Positions 5,655 to 5,699 of a stretch of 5,699 bases of DNA are shown here, one piece after another. The notes below the pieces were generated by a model. That model was not told the origin of the DNA and did not search any database. It saw nothing but the letters and a program-made list of their open reading frames with translations. Position 1 is the first letter of the stretch; every line of letters starts with the position of its first letter. The position numbers and the translations under genes are program-made. The stretch spans positions 1 through 5,699 of the forward strand of contig CAYXWT010000044.1 in the NCBI GenBank assembly GCA_964468895.1, in the 5' to 3' direction. The DNA comes from an uncultured archaeon (GTDB lineage: Archaea > Iainarchaeota > Iainarchaeia > Iainarchaeales > CSSED10-239).

Positions 5655-5699
5655 AAAAAGGAGCGCTTTTAACCTTTGGTTCAATTCCCGCCAGAAGCT
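5655..5699 (+). repeat. Boundary repeat copy B (AAAAAGGAGCGCTTTTAACCTTTGGTTCAATTCCCGCCAGAAGCT); the last 11 nt equal window positions 1-11
   Basis: See copy A. It begins 108 nt after the ATPase stop, as copy A begins 105 nt after the ABC ATPase stop. Confidence 0.7.

Noticed and set aside
4167-5699. Reading the repeats as a CRISPR array (copy A ends in GAAAG, like some archaeal repeats)
   Set aside because: There are only two full copies. They are 74% rather than near-100% identical, and they are separated by 1.4 kb containing a complete gene instead of a 30-40-nt spacer. No cas genes or leader are present.
5660-5699. GGTTCAATTCC resembles a tRNA T-arm, suggesting a tRNA 3' end used as an att site
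   Set aside because: With TTCAATT as the loop, the flanking 5-mers TTTGG and CCCGC give only 2 Watson-Crick pairs plus one G-T wobble out of 5, with 2 outright mismatches. No acceptor stem, D-arm or anticodon arm could be built on either strand. Copy A does not preserve the T-loop sequence.

Overview
Very AT-rich window (roughly a quarter G+C by eye) with all convincing genes on the + strand, forming two transcription units. Unit 1 (314-4062) is a tightly packed five-gene operon. It encodes a PadR-family winged-helix regulator, a 74-aa two-helix membrane protein and a secreted, C-terminally anchored surface protein built from three CARDB/COG1361-like domains. It also encodes a MacB/FtsX-type permease (4 TM plus a large extracytoplasmic domain) and its COG1136-type ABC ATPase. 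Unit 2 (4285-5547) is a single COG1373-type AAA+ ATPase (AAA_14 + DUF4143). In both units a perfect palindrome abuts an A/T-rich TATA-like box about 26 nt before the first ATG, while internal genes carry Shine-Dalgarno-like motifs. This pattern fits an archaeal host (methanogen or DPANN-like), but that is an inference. The most unusual signal is non-coding. A ~43-nt element lies ~105 nt downstream of each unit (4167-4209 and 5655-5697). The two copies differ only by transitions, and most of these preserve a common two-stem fold. The last 11 nt of the window (CGCCAGAAGCT) are identical to its first 11 nt, and an inverted GCCAGAA/TTCTGGC partner follows at 52-58. The window is therefore either a 5,688-bp circular or terminally redundant unit, or a repeat-delimited set of gene cassettes. 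No integrase, transposase, Rep, Cas, tRNA or rRNA gene is visible. No searches or folding programs were run, so all family assignments come from motif recognition.
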